A DNA stretch of 64,000 nt from Candidatus Gastranaerophilales bacterium (GCA_944322685.1 CALUPP010000034.1:8475-72474), one strand, 5' to 3'; counted from the first letter of the stretch, positions 18,420 through 27,916 are shown. Notes: generated from the sequence alone by a model not told the origin. Program-made: numbers and translations.

Positions 18420-18767
18420 ATGAACAAAAAAACTTGTAACGGTTATGAAAGTGCATTCACATTTATGAATGACGAAGACTTCAAAAAGCACCTTGAAGAA
18501 TGCGAGGAGTGCCGCAAAGAGCATGAGCGCATGCAGCGGATATCCGAGCTCATTCAGGAAGCAAAACCATATATGCTAAAGGAATCTAAAAAGAAAAAAA
18601 CTCTCCTGAAAGCGGCCTGTGCGGCGTTTGTGGTTTTTGTCATGGGCGGATGCTATTCAATGTTTATGATGACAGGATTTTATGATGATATTGTTGCGCA
18701 AAACACGCCCTCAATAGAAGAAATGGGGCTTCCTGTCGATGAGTACGGATTTTTATTGGTAAACTAA
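18420..18767 (+). CDS. zinc-binding (zf-HC2/ZAS-type) membrane anti-sigma factor
   Basis: The H-x3-C-x2-C motif HLEECEEC, a single TM helix LLKAACAAFVVFVMGGCYSMFMM, and a stop codon overlapping the sigma-gene ATG (TAATG). Confidence 0.6.
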   Translation: MNKKTCNGYESAFTFMNDEDFKKHLEECEECRKEHERMQRISELIQEAKPYMLKESKKKKTLLKAACAAFVVFVMGGCYSMFMMTGFYDDIVAQNTPSIEEMGLPVDEYGFLLVN

Positions 18768-19258
18768 TGGATTTAAAAGAACTGATTAACGGAAATTACG
18801 TTAAAAATATCATAAAAAACATAACAGGCGAATACAATGAGGACCTCGAGCAGGAGGCCTGCCTTAAAATATGGAAAAACTCCGATAAATACAAAGAACA
18901 GGGCAATATAAAAGCCTGGGTAAGGACGGTGACAGCTAACGTAACAAAAGACTACCTAAAATCATCATCACACAAAATGTCGCAAAAAACTGTAAGCGAC
19001 GAGGAGCTTTTGACCGAAATAAGGGACAAAAAGTCCTCACCGGAAAGCGAACTTGTGAGAATTGAGCGCCAAAAAACGATTTCTGCGGCAATAAATTCTC
19101 TTAAACCAAAATTCAAAGAGATAGTTATTCTCTATGAAATAAAAAACTACTCGTACGAAGAAATTTCACAAAAACTTAAATGTCCAATTGGCACTGTAAA
19201 ATCACGTTTATACAATGCAAAAAAAGAGCTTGCGGATAAACTTCGGGAGCTGCTTTAG
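18767..19258 (+). CDS. ECF-family RNA polymerase sigma-70 factor
   Basis: 163 aa. Region 2 (EQEACLKIWKN...AWVRTVTANVTKDYLK) and region 4 HTH (YSYEEISQKLKCPIGTVKSRLYNAKKEL). Confidence 0.8.
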   Translation: MDLKELINGNYVKNIIKNITGEYNEDLEQEACLKIWKNSDKYKEQGNIKAWVRTVTANVTKDYLKSSSHKMSQKTVSDEELLTEIRDKKSSPESELVRIERQKTISAAINSLKPKFKEIVILYEIKNYSYEEISQKLKCPIGTVKSRLYNAKKELADKLRELL

Positions 19259-19270
19259 AAAGGAAAAACA

Positions 19271-19816
19271 ATGAAAAAAACACTCGTATTGGCAGGAATC
19301 ACAGCTTTTCTGCTCTCATCAACAATGTCCATTGCACAGGCTGCGGAAAACGCATCGACCGCACCCCAAAAACCAGCACAAACCGAATGCCAAAAGCAAA
19401 AGCGGCCTGATTTCAAACGTCCTCCGCATAAAGGCCCGAACCTCGACGAACAACTTAACCTCACCGAGGCTCAAAAACAGCAGGCAAAACAAATAAGAAT
19501 GAACGGCCACGAAAAAATCAAGCCCACAATGGAAAAAATGAAAGCTAAACATGAAGAAATCAAAAAAATTAAAGAGGATACAACTCTAACTCAAGAAGAA
19601 AAGGCAAAAAAAATTGAACCGTTGAAAGCTGACCTAAAAAAACTGAAATTGGAAGCAAAAACAATCCGCCAGGACAACATGAAAGAGTTTGAAGCAATTC
19701 TGACGGCCGACCAAAAGACAAAATTTGAACAAATAAAAAAGGATGGCAGAGAAAAGTTTAAAAAAGAGCACAAAAAACGTCATGGTCGTCCCTGCCCTCC
19801 GCCGGAAGCACGCTAA
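19271..19816 (+). CDS. Spy/CpxP-family periplasmic protein (LTxxQ motifs)
   Basis: Signal peptide, two LTxxQ motifs (LNLTEAQKQQAKQI and ILTADQKTKFEQI), and a highly charged helical sequence. Confidence 0.65.
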   Translation: MKKTLVLAGITAFLLSSTMSIAQAAENASTAPQKPAQTECQKQKRPDFKRPPHKGPNLDEQLNLTEAQKQQAKQIRMNGHEKIKPTMEKMKAKHEEIKKIKEDTTLTQEEKAKKIEPLKADLKKLKLEAKTIRQDNMKEFEAILTADQKTKFEQIKKDGREKFKKEHKKRHGRPCPPPEAR

Positions 19817-19841
19817 TCCACTCAAAAACCAATAAAATCCA

Positions 19842-19868
19842 AAGCCTCCTCAAAAAGGGGGCTTTTCC
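19842..19868 (+). terminator. Rho-independent terminator of the sigma/Spy operon
   Basis: AAGCCTCC-tcaaaaa-GGGGGCTT followed by TTTT. Confidence 0.65.
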
Positions 19869-19973
19869 GTCCGATTTTGATTATTTTTACCCTCAAAATG
19901 GAAGCTGTATCGCATTTCATTTTTTTACACGCATTTTGGCTGTTTTTAAAGGCAAGAAAGACGCAATAAACCA

Positions 19974-21095
19974 TCAAAACCCAATCAGCATTGAAAGTTC
20001 TGAAAAAGGATATCCGAACTGCTTTGCAACTTCAGGATTTGTCAGTTTTCCTTGATATGTGTTCACACCTTTATACAATTCCGGCGTAGATTTAACCGCA
20101 GCGATGAAGCCTTTGTTTGCAAACTTCAAAACATAAGGCAAAGTGTAATTATTTAAAGAAATCGACGCTGTTCTTGCGGCAAGTCCGGGAATATTCGGCA
20201 CAGCAAAATGGATTACCCCGTGTTTTTCAAAAACCGGATTGTCAATTGAGGTCGGAGTTTCAATAGTTTCAAAAATACCGCCCTGATCTATCGAAACATC
20301 GACAAGAACCGAGCCTTTTTTCATTGATTTTACCATTTCTTCGGTGATGAGCTTGGGCGCCTTATTTGAGGGGATTAAAACCCCGCTTATAACCAAATCA
20401 GCATTTTTTATTAGCTTTTTCAGGTTATATTCGTTTGACATGGCCGTACCGACCGCCCCATGGAAAATATCTTCGACATAAGCGAGCTTTTTGGGCGAAA
20501 TATCAAGAATAGAAACATGCGCCCCCATACCATAGGCGACTTTTGCCGCATTCAAGCCAACAACACCGGCTCCGACGACTACAACCTCGGCCGGCATAAC
20601 CCCTGCGACCCCGCCAAGCACCGTTCCGCAGCTATAATCGCTGGTTTGCAGGTATTGAGCACCGATTTGGACGGAAATTTTACCCGCAATCTCGCTCATC
20701 GGCCGCAGCAACGGCAAAGAACCGTCAGCAGTTTGGATAGTTTCATAGGCAATTGCCGTGATTTTCTTTTTAATCAGCACATCCAAAAGCTCAGGCTCAA
20801 CCGCAAGGTGAAAATACGTAATAATTGTCTGTCCCGTTTTAAAAAGCTCAAATTCTTCGGGCAGCGGTTCCTTGACTTTTACGACAATTTCGGATTTTGC
20901 ATAAATATCGCGCGCATTATCAAGAATTTTTGCACCGACTTCCTCATACAATTCGTCATAAAACCCTATTGCGCTGCCGGCATCCCGCTGAACGTAGACC
21001 GTATGGCCGTCATTAATCAAGGTTTTTACCGACGAGGGGATAAGAGAGACTCTTTTTTCACCGTTTTTAATCTCTTTTGGGACACCAATAATCAT
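19974..21095 (-). CDS. ald: alanine dehydrogenase
   Basis: MIIGVPKEIKNGEKRVSL..., NAD-binding VVVVGAGVVGLNAAKVAYGMGAHVSILD, 373 aa. Confidence 0.9.
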   Translation of the reverse strand: MIIGVPKEIKNGEKRVSLIPSSVKTLINDGHTVYVQRDAGSAIGFYDELYEEVGAKILDNARDIYAKSEIVVKVKEPLPEEFELFKTGQTIITYFHLAVEPELLDVLIKKKITAIAYETIQTADGSLPLLRPMSEIAGKISVQIGAQYLQTSDYSCGTVLGGVAGVMPAEVVVVGAGVVGLNAAKVAYGMGAHVSILDISPKKLAYVEDIFHGAVGTAMSNEYNLKKLIKNADLVISGVLIPSNKAPKLITEEMVKSMKKGSVLVDVSIDQGGIFETIETPTSIDNPVFEKHGVIHFAVPNIPGLAARTASISLNNYTLPYVLKFANKGFIAAVKSTPELYKGVNTYQGKLTNPEVAKQFGYPFSELSMLIGF

Positions 21096-21109
21096 AAGAC
21101 CTCCGGATT

Positions 21110-21871
21110 CTAGACATTTGTAAGGGATTTCATCGCAGCATCGATTTCTTCAAGAATCATATTCACCGCAACAACAGGATCATCCGCAGAAGTAATGGGA
21201 CGGCCGACAACCATAAAATCCACACCGGCGCGAATAGCATCAGCGGGGGTTACAACCCTTATCTGATCGTTCACAACAGACCATGTGGGGCGGATTGCAG
21301 GGCAAAGAATGATAAAATCATCGTCAAACTCCTGGCGAATGCGTTTTGCCTCGGATGCGCTGGCAATTACGCCGTCGATTTTTGACTCCTTGGCAAGATA
21401 TGTAAGATGCGCAACGTACTCATCAATATTCATTTTTACATTTAATTCTTCTGTCAGGGTTCTTTGTCCGAAACTGGACAAAAGAGTAACCCCGAGTATA
21501 GTCGGAGCTGGTTTTTCGTATTTTTTTGCGGTTTCTCTTGCTACTTTCACCATTGTTGTGAGCATTTTTGAACCGCCGGCCAGATGAGCATTAAAAAAGC
21601 TCACACCGCGTTTTATGAGGTTTGAGCTCGCTTTTGCAACAGTATTCGGAATATCATGAAACTTTCCGTCAAAATAAACCTCACCGCCGAGTCGTTTTAT
21701 TGTATCAATTGCGTCATAAGCACAAGATGTAAAAAGCTGCGGGCCTACTTTGAAAAATCCCACATAATCTTTTAACAAAGTGACAAGTCTTTCGACCTCT
21801 TCTATTGAATCCACATCCAAAGCCAAAACTAAACGATCTTTTGGCGACAAATTTTTATTGCTTAAAGCCAT
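21110..21871 (-). CDS. pyrF: orotidine 5'-phosphate decarboxylase
   Basis: LVLALDVDS..., FFKVG, DGKFHDIPNT and VVGRPIT motifs. Confidence 0.85.
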   Translation of the reverse strand: MALSNKNLSPKDRLVLALDVDSIEEVERLVTLLKDYVGFFKVGPQLFTSCAYDAIDTIKRLGGEVYFDGKFHDIPNTVAKASSNLIKRGVSFFNAHLAGGSKMLTTMVKVARETAKKYEKPAPTILGVTLLSSFGQRTLTEELNVKMNIDEYVAHLTYLAKESKIDGVIASASEAKRIRQEFDDDFIILCPAIRPTWSVVNDQIRVVTPADAIRAGVDFMVVGRPITSADDPVVAVNMILEEIDAAMKSLTNV

Positions 21872-21945
21872 TTTTATCTACCATATTACCCTAATTGCAA
21901 CAATTTAATATAACATTTTTATTCAACTATTGCAACCGGCAGAAT

Positions 21946-22704
21946 TTATGTAGATTCAGTCAAAATAGGCCAATGGGTGCTTTTATTCACTCTAAAAAGC
22001 CCTCTGTAATCACGATTCGGGTCGAGTTTTAAAACATTCACAAGCTTTCGCTTCGGAGACAGTGTTTGTATTTCAGCAATACCCCCATCTGCCCTGTATT
22101 TTGGTCGTTCTATTTTCAACAAAGTCCTATCACTGCTATATAAATACTTTTCTGCCGGAAATTCCTTATTTTTATAATAATATATAACCTCAAACGGGTT
22201 TCCAAGGCTTAAAGGACGGTTATAAACTGATTTCAAATAAGTCATATTCCCATTCTTGCCGGAAGCATTGGTTATAGCTCTGTAATAAGCCGTTCCGAGC
22301 ACTTCATTTATAAGTGTTTTCCCGTCAGCATCCCAAATTTCTACTTTATAAGGCCCCTGCGCATTATGAAAAGTCTTTATATGTTTTATTAAATTGTCAT
22401 TTGCGTCTGTTATGACTCGGTTAAAGCATTTAACCGCCTGTTTGGACTGTTTAACCTCCGGCGAATCAGGGCCAAACTCTGTATATTTTTTAATTTTTAA
22501 ATAAACTTTACCGGCAGCATCACGCAATTCGCTGCATAAAGCATCGACTTTCTTTAATTTCAGATTGCGCGGAGCGCCCGCAAAAATCTTGTCGGTAATT
22601 TTTGACGCCAAAGACGCCTGAACAGGCTGAGGAATAATGCGTATTGCATCATTTTTGCCCTTAAATGAGTTTGCATAATGAGGTGTAATGGAATTTATTT
22701 TCAT
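21946..22704 (-). CDS. hypothetical protein (252 aa), N-terminus MKINSITPHYANSFKGKN
   Basis: Clean ORF with no recognisable domain. Shares the flagellin-like N-terminus and SFKG motif with other ORFs here. Confidence 0.6.
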   Translation of the reverse strand: MKINSITPHYANSFKGKNDAIRIIPQPVQASLASKITDKIFAGAPRNLKLKKVDALCSELRDAAGKVYLKIKKYTEFGPDSPEVKQSKQAVKCFNRVITDANDNLIKHIKTFHNAQGPYKVEIWDADGKTLINEVLGTAYYRAITNASGKNGNMTYLKSVYNRPLSLGNPFEVIYYYKNKEFPAEKYLYSSDRTLLKIERPKYRADGGIAEIQTLSPKRKLVNVLKLDPNRDYRGLFRVNKSTHWPILTEST

Positions 22705-22788
22705 ACTTTTTCTCTATCTTATAAGTGTTAAGTTAAAATCTTGTAAAAAAATTTTTTTGCGTGAGACATTATCAAATTGAAACAAAAA

Positions 22789-23838
22789 TTAACATCGTGA
22801 AAATACCTCAACATCAAGCGAATCCATGGTATTAGCGAGAAAATAAGCCGCACTCGCAATCATAGAAGCGTTGTCCGTGCAGTATTTCATTGCCGGAGCA
22901 TATATTTTGTAGCCCTTTTGCTCAAGCGCGAAGAACTTTTTCCTTATTTCCGAATTTGCAGCCACTCCGCCGCCCAGAACTATCTGTTTTATGTTGAATT
23001 TTTCGGCCGCTTTGAGCGTTTTTCCGAATAAAGTCGAGGTTATGCATTCTTGAAAACTGGCTGCGACGTCCTCTTTAGGAAGCGGAGAGCCGTCTTGCGT
23101 GAGTTTTTTGGTCAAATTCAAAACAGCAGTCTTCAAACCGGAAAAACTGAAATCAAACTCGCCCTGAAGCTTGGCTTTGGGCAATATGTAGGCCTTAGGG
23201 TTGCCTTTTTGGGCCATTTTATCAAGATTTACCCCGCCCGGGTACGGAAGCCCCATGAGCCTTGCAACCTTGTCGTAAACCTCTCCGGTCGCATCGTCAA
23301 TTGTTTCGCCGATAATCTCCTGTTTAAGGTACGAATCAACTTTTATAATCTGCGTATGCCCTCCACTCACCAAAAGCGCCAGCATCGGCGGTTCCAAATC
23401 GGTATCCAGATAATTTGCGCAAACATGGGCATTTAAGTGGTTTACGCCGATAAATGGCTTATCATGCGTTACCGCAAAGGCCTTTGCCGCGTTCAAACCC
23501 ACAAGCAGCGACCCAACAAGCCCCGGGCCGACCGTCGCCGCAACCGCTGTCAGCTCATCCGGGCGCATTTTTGCGTCATCCAGCGCCTGATTTATCACCA
23601 AAATAACAGAATCAAGGTGCTCTCTTGCCGCAATTTCGGGGACAACCCCGCCAAACTGCTGATGGGTCTTTATCTGGGATGCGACAACGTTCGAAATGAC
23701 AGTTCTGCCGTTTTTTACGATTGCACAGGCCGTTTCGTCGCAGCTTGATTCCAGCGCGAGTATAAATATGTCCTCTTTGCTGTCCGGGCCGATAAATACG
23801 CTTTTCCCGCTTAATGGTGTCTTGAATTCTTTCAACAT
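22789..23838 (-). CDS. tsaD: tRNA N6-adenosine threonylcarbamoyltransferase TsaD
   Basis: ILALESSCDETA..., GVNHLNAHV, LLVSGGHTQ and GGGVAAN motifs of Kae1/TsaD. Confidence 0.9.
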   Translation of the reverse strand: MLKEFKTPLSGKSVFIGPDSKEDIFILALESSCDETACAIVKNGRTVISNVVASQIKTHQQFGGVVPEIAAREHLDSVILVINQALDDAKMRPDELTAVAATVGPGLVGSLLVGLNAAKAFAVTHDKPFIGVNHLNAHVCANYLDTDLEPPMLALLVSGGHTQIIKVDSYLKQEIIGETIDDATGEVYDKVARLMGLPYPGGVNLDKMAQKGNPKAYILPKAKLQGEFDFSFSGLKTAVLNLTKKLTQDGSPLPKEDVAASFQECITSTLFGKTLKAAEKFNIKQIVLGGGVAANSEIRKKFFALEQKGYKIYAPAMKYCTDNASMIASAAYFLANTMDSLDVEVFSRC

Positions 23839-24050
23839 GTTAATACCTTGTTTACGATTTTTCTAAATTATTTTACTTCAAACTTAATATTTTTTAAATT
23901 CAAACAAAAACTTGAAAAATACAGTAAAAATAAATCTTTACAAAGATACGGTTTAATTGATAGAATAGATTACAAACTGCTAATTGTAAAATTTTTTAAT
24001 ATTTATGTCAAAAATTCGCAGTCAGCTGTTTTATATAAGCATATTTTTGT

Positions 24051-25919
24051 GTGAAGGTACTTGTCTTGAATTTTAATAACAGAACAGAACAGAATAATAC
24101 GGAAAAAAACAAAAAAGAATCGCTGCCGAAACAATCCAACCCGATTCTTACGTCCGATATTGTTTCAAAAATCAACAGCCTTAACACAAGAACGACCGCA
24201 AACAGATTTTACGGCGGATATAACCAGCAAAACTGGAAACCCGCGCAGCACACCGACGTTATGGAGATATTGCGCTGCTTTAACGAGGTAATTAAGGATA
24301 AAGAAACCCAAAATGAGCTGTTTTATTCGCTGCACAACATTTTTGTCAACAAATTGAATGCAATGTTCTCGGCTTTCGGCACGTATAATGAGCAGTCAAA
24401 ATGCATAAACTTGAAAATCATCGACAAAATCGGCAGCACTTTTTCAAGCCGGGTGCTGATTAACGGCCATCATACGCCGATTGAAAACGCTTTTAACAGC
24501 AGGCAGCCTATTTTCGAAAAAAGCAATGCTTTTTTAAATATTCATTATCTCAACGCCTCTCCGGCCGCAATTATTCCGCTTTGCGACGGAAATAAATGCA
24601 TCGGAGTGATGATTGTGGGCGATAATGACTATCAAAATTATGCCGATATCTATAAAATGATGGCAAATTACCTGACTTTGTTCATTCTTAACAAGGAACT
24701 TTCCAACAAAGTCCTCCTCAACACGCACACGGATGCACTGACGAACCTGAACAACCACAGACGCCTTCAGGAAATCCTTGTACAGGAAATTGACAAGGCA
24801 AAACGCACGGAAACAAAAATGTCCGTGGTTATTTTTGATATAAACAATATTTCTCAAATTAACAAAGATTTTGGCGCCGCAAAAGGCGACGAAATAATAA
24901 AACTCGTTTCTGACAAAATCAGCCAGAACATAAGAAACAACGACAGCGCAGGAAGATACGGCGGAGACGAAATTGCGGTAATTTTACCGGACACTGACTC
25001 GTCTGACGCAAAATATCTCGCAGAATATCTCACATATACGCTCTCTTGCTGCATGGTGGACGGTGTCGGGCCAATAAAAGTTTCCGTAGGAATTTCGACC
25101 TACCCGAAATCCTCAAAAGATCCCGAAAAATTGTGGATTTTGGCTGAACAGGCGATGTATATTTCAAAAAGCAAGGGTTACAAGAACGGAATGTCCACAA
25201 TTGTATGCTCGGAAGACTTTGATTTTTGGGATGACATGGCTTTGAGCTCGTTTGCATCGGTCATCGCAAAACGTCATTCGCAAATCGGCATAAATTTTGA
25301 CGAAGAACTCGTTGCAAAATTCCACAATGAAGAAATTATCTCGCAAAATCACCTGATTGAGGTCGTGACATCGCTTGCATCGGCGATTGATGCAAAAGAT
25401 GAATACACAAAAGGCCATTCGACGTCGGTTTCCAGGTATTCCGAGGCTCTCGCAAGAAGCCTGAATCTTCCGGAAAAGGATGTTGAAAGAATCAAGCTCG
25501 GTGCGCTTTTGCATGACATAGGAAAAATCGGAATCCCCGAAAATGTGCTCAAAAAGCCCTCAAAACTTGATGATAATGAATGGGAAGTCATGAAACAACA
25601 CCCGTCAATCGGCGCTGAAAAGGTTCTTATGCCGAATGAGTCGCTTCATGACCTTATTCCGATTGTAAAATACCATCACGAGCACTGGGACGGCTCGGGA
25701 TATCCCGAAAAACTCAAAGGCGAAGAAATTCCGCTCGCAGCACGCATTGTATCCGTTGCGGACGCATATCATGCGCTGATTAGCGACAGACCTTACCGAA
25801 AAGGCCTTTCCGTTGAAAAAGCCTGCGAAATTCTAAAACTGGGCGCAGGAATTCAGTGGGACAAAAGGCTTGTTGACGAATTTATCAACATTGCACCGTC
25901 GCTGGCAACAAATATTTAA
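24051..25919 (+). CDS. GGDEF diguanylate-cyclase domain / HD-GYP phosphodiesterase domain protein with an N-terminal sensor region
   Basis: DALTNLNNHRRL...RYGGDEIAVILP (a GGDEI variant) followed by HDIGKIGIP...HHEHWDGSGYP. The N-terminal ~230 aa look GAF-like. The start is uncertain (GTG 24051 or TTG 24066). Confidence 0.8.
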   Translation: MKVLVLNFNNRTEQNNTEKNKKESLPKQSNPILTSDIVSKINSLNTRTTANRFYGGYNQQNWKPAQHTDVMEILRCFNEVIKDKETQNELFYSLHNIFVNKLNAMFSAFGTYNEQSKCINLKIIDKIGSTFSSRVLINGHHTPIENAFNSRQPIFEKSNAFLNIHYLNASPAAIIPLCDGNKCIGVMIVGDNDYQNYADIYKMMANYLTLFILNKELSNKVLLNTHTDALTNLNNHRRLQEILVQEIDKAKRTETKMSVVIFDINNISQINKDFGAAKGDEIIKLVSDKISQNIRNNDSAGRYGGDEIAVILPDTDSSDAKYLAEYLTYTLSCCMVDGVGPIKVSVGISTYPKSSKDPEKLWILAEQAMYISKSKGYKNGMSTIVCSEDFDFWDDMALSSFASVIAKRHSQIGINFDEELVAKFHNEEIISQNHLIEVVTSLASAIDAKDEYTKGHSTSVSRYSEALARSLNLPEKDVERIKLGALLHDIGKIGIPENVLKKPSKLDDNEWEVMKQHPSIGAEKVLMPNESLHDLIPIVKYHHEHWDGSGYPEKLKGEEIPLAARIVSVADAYHALISDRPYRKGLSVEKACEILKLGAGIQWDKRLVDEFINIAPSLATNI

Positions 25920-25986
25920 AAATTAACAGCGTTTTAATACATAAAAGGGACTATTTTATACAGTTTTATACAAATTTTACAAATTG

Positions 25987-26015
25987 TTGACATATTTTAA
26001 GATTAATGATATAAT
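25987..26015 (+). promoter_or_regulatory. perfect-consensus sigma-70 promoter (TTGACA-17-TATAAT)
   Basis: TTGACA at 25987-25992, a 17-nt spacer, TATAAT at 26010-26015, about 75 nt upstream of the ATG at 26091. Confidence 0.65.
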
Positions 26016-26090
26016 GCGTAAACTTGAAAGTATCCCTTATTCTCTAATTCGCATGGTCAATTACGTACTAATTTCTATGAGGTTATAACA

Positions 26091-26618
26091 ATGGAAGTTC
26101 GTGTGATTAGGGCTTCTGAGCCCTCAAAACCCAAAAAATTAAATGTTCCTTTAAGCGCAGCAATTGGCGGTGTGTCTGGTTATGCTCTGAAATATGCACT
26201 TCCTGTTACTGTTGAAGATTTGAACGAATTTACAAATCACCAATACCAGAAAATGCTTGAGGAAAAAGCAGTAAAAGCGCGTAAAAAATTTATTAAAAAA
26301 ATAGAAAATGAGGCGAAAAACAATCCTGACAACCAAGTGCTTGATTTGTTTATAAAATCCCAATCAAAGGACAAAAATGTCGTAAAAGAAGCAAGAGAAG
26401 CCCAAAAAACACTTTCTAAAGAGGCTATTACCCAGCTTGCGGAAATTAGAAACAACCTTGCCAGCAAAATAAAAGTTGCACGCCGCACTACGACATATTT
26501 GTTATCATCATCCGCCAAAAATGCCCGTCCGGCTTCAATTTTTATGGTTCCGGGTGTTATTTTGGGGTTGGTATTTGCTTTTGCTTACAATGTTATTGGC
26601 GATATGAGAAACGGATAA
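26091..26618 (+). CDS. hypothetical membrane-anchored protein (175 aa)
   Basis: RBS GAGG. A charged helical middle section and a C-terminal TM helix IFMVPGVILGLVFAFAYNVIG. No recognisable domain. Confidence 0.6.
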   Translation: MEVRVIRASEPSKPKKLNVPLSAAIGGVSGYALKYALPVTVEDLNEFTNHQYQKMLEEKAVKARKKFIKKIENEAKNNPDNQVLDLFIKSQSKDKNVVKEAREAQKTLSKEAITQLAEIRNNLASKIKVARRTTTYLLSSSAKNARPASIFMVPGVILGLVFAFAYNVIGDMRNG

Positions 26619-26644
26619 TTTTTTTGAAAATTACACAACAAAAA

Positions 26645-26676
26645 GTCCGGTTTTTAGCACAAAACCGGGCTTTTTT
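26645..26676 (+). terminator. Rho-independent terminator
   Basis: GTCCGGTTTT-tagcac-AAAACCGGGC followed by TTTTTT. Confidence 0.75.
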
Positions 26677-26775
26677 ATTAATTTATTACGAATTGTAACA
26701 AATATACAAAATATTGAAATAATATATATCCATTTGTTTTTATATAAGTGTAAGTGATAAATGTAAAGGTGTAAT

Positions 26776-27867
26776 ATGGTAAGTATCAATACGGATTATC
26801 AAAACAAATATGTGAATGGTTCAACAAATGTTGACAACAGCAATGTTGAAAAAACAAATGAAAACCTTTTTTCTGTTGCCGTAAGCACTGGCACAACAGT
26901 AGATACATCAGCACTTGAAACGAAACTTGCAGCATATCAAGCACAAAAAGAACAGCTAGAAGCAGAACTGGCACAGTACAATCAGGAAAAAAGCCAGCTG
27001 ACAGCAAAAAATACGGCTCTTGAAACGCAAGCAACAAATATTAATTCCGAAATTGAAGAACTCGAAGCAAACAGAGAAGCTTACGAAGAAGAAGCAAAGG
27101 CTTTGAAAGAAAGCTACGAAAAATCGAACATCACACTGCTTTCACTCATCAAAAAGATGAACGAAAAAATCAACGAAACAAATGAAACTTGCGCACAAGC
27201 TGCTCAAGAACAAGAACAAAAGACCGAAGAAGCAACAAATGAAGCTTTCGAAAAATACGAAGCCGGCGAGATTACTGAAGATGAAATTCCCAATTACATC
27301 GCTCAAAAAACAGGCAATAAAAACCTTATAGATCAGGTTGCAACAGCAGGCTTGAGCGCGGTTGAATCTTTCAGCTCGCAGGTCAAAGGGCTTATTGCTC
27401 AAATGGCGCAAACATTGAACTACTTGAACGACAAAAAAGTAGATATTGAATCAGTAACAGACAAAATCACAAACAAAAAATCTCAGTTGACAATCATACA
27501 AAACGAAAAAACTGTTGTAGATGAAGATATCGCAGCAGTTGATGCAAAAATCAACACAACTACTCAAAAAATTGCAACTGTTGACAAAAATATTGCAGAA
27601 ATTGAAGCACAACTCGCTAACGAAGAAGAAACTCAAGAAGAAACAACAGCAAACGCAAATCAAAACAACTCAAATCCGTTCGCAAACGGAAATAACGGCT
27701 TCACTTTCGACTTTGGTTCAGATGCAGAATTCGTTTCTGTTACATCAACGATTGATTTCAGAGGATTCAAAGCAACCCTTGATATGATGATGACCCAAAA
27801 CAACCAGAGCGTAAAAAATCTCAGAGACCAAATCAACGAACAAAAACAAATAGCATTGCAGGCATAA
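26776..27867 (+). CDS. long coiled-coil protein (363 aa), N-terminus MVSINTDYQNKY
   Basis: Heptad-rich Q/E/K/N sequence throughout (for example LEAELAQYNQEKSQLTAKNTALETQATNINSEIEELEANREAYEEEAKALKE), with an N/G/F-rich segment near the C-terminus. Confidence 0.65.
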   Translation: MVSINTDYQNKYVNGSTNVDNSNVEKTNENLFSVAVSTGTTVDTSALETKLAAYQAQKEQLEAELAQYNQEKSQLTAKNTALETQATNINSEIEELEANREAYEEEAKALKESYEKSNITLLSLIKKMNEKINETNETCAQAAQEQEQKTEEATNEAFEKYEAGEITEDEIPNYIAQKTGNKNLIDQVATAGLSAVESFSSQVKGLIAQMAQTLNYLNDKKVDIESVTDKITNKKSQLTIIQNEKTVVDEDIAAVDAKINTTTQKIATVDKNIAEIEAQLANEEETQEETTANANQNNSNPFANGNNGFTFDFGSDAEFVSVTSTIDFRGFKATLDMMMTQNNQSVKNLRDQINEQKQIALQA

Positions 27868-27884
27868 TGAAGATAATCGGGGTA

Positions 27885-27916
27885 TAAAAAAGAGCCTTTG
27901 AAAAGGCTCTTTTTTA
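27885..27916. terminator. bidirectional terminator shared by convergent genes
   Basis: AGAGCCTT-tgaa-AAGGCTCT flanked by A5 and T5. Confidence 0.8.
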
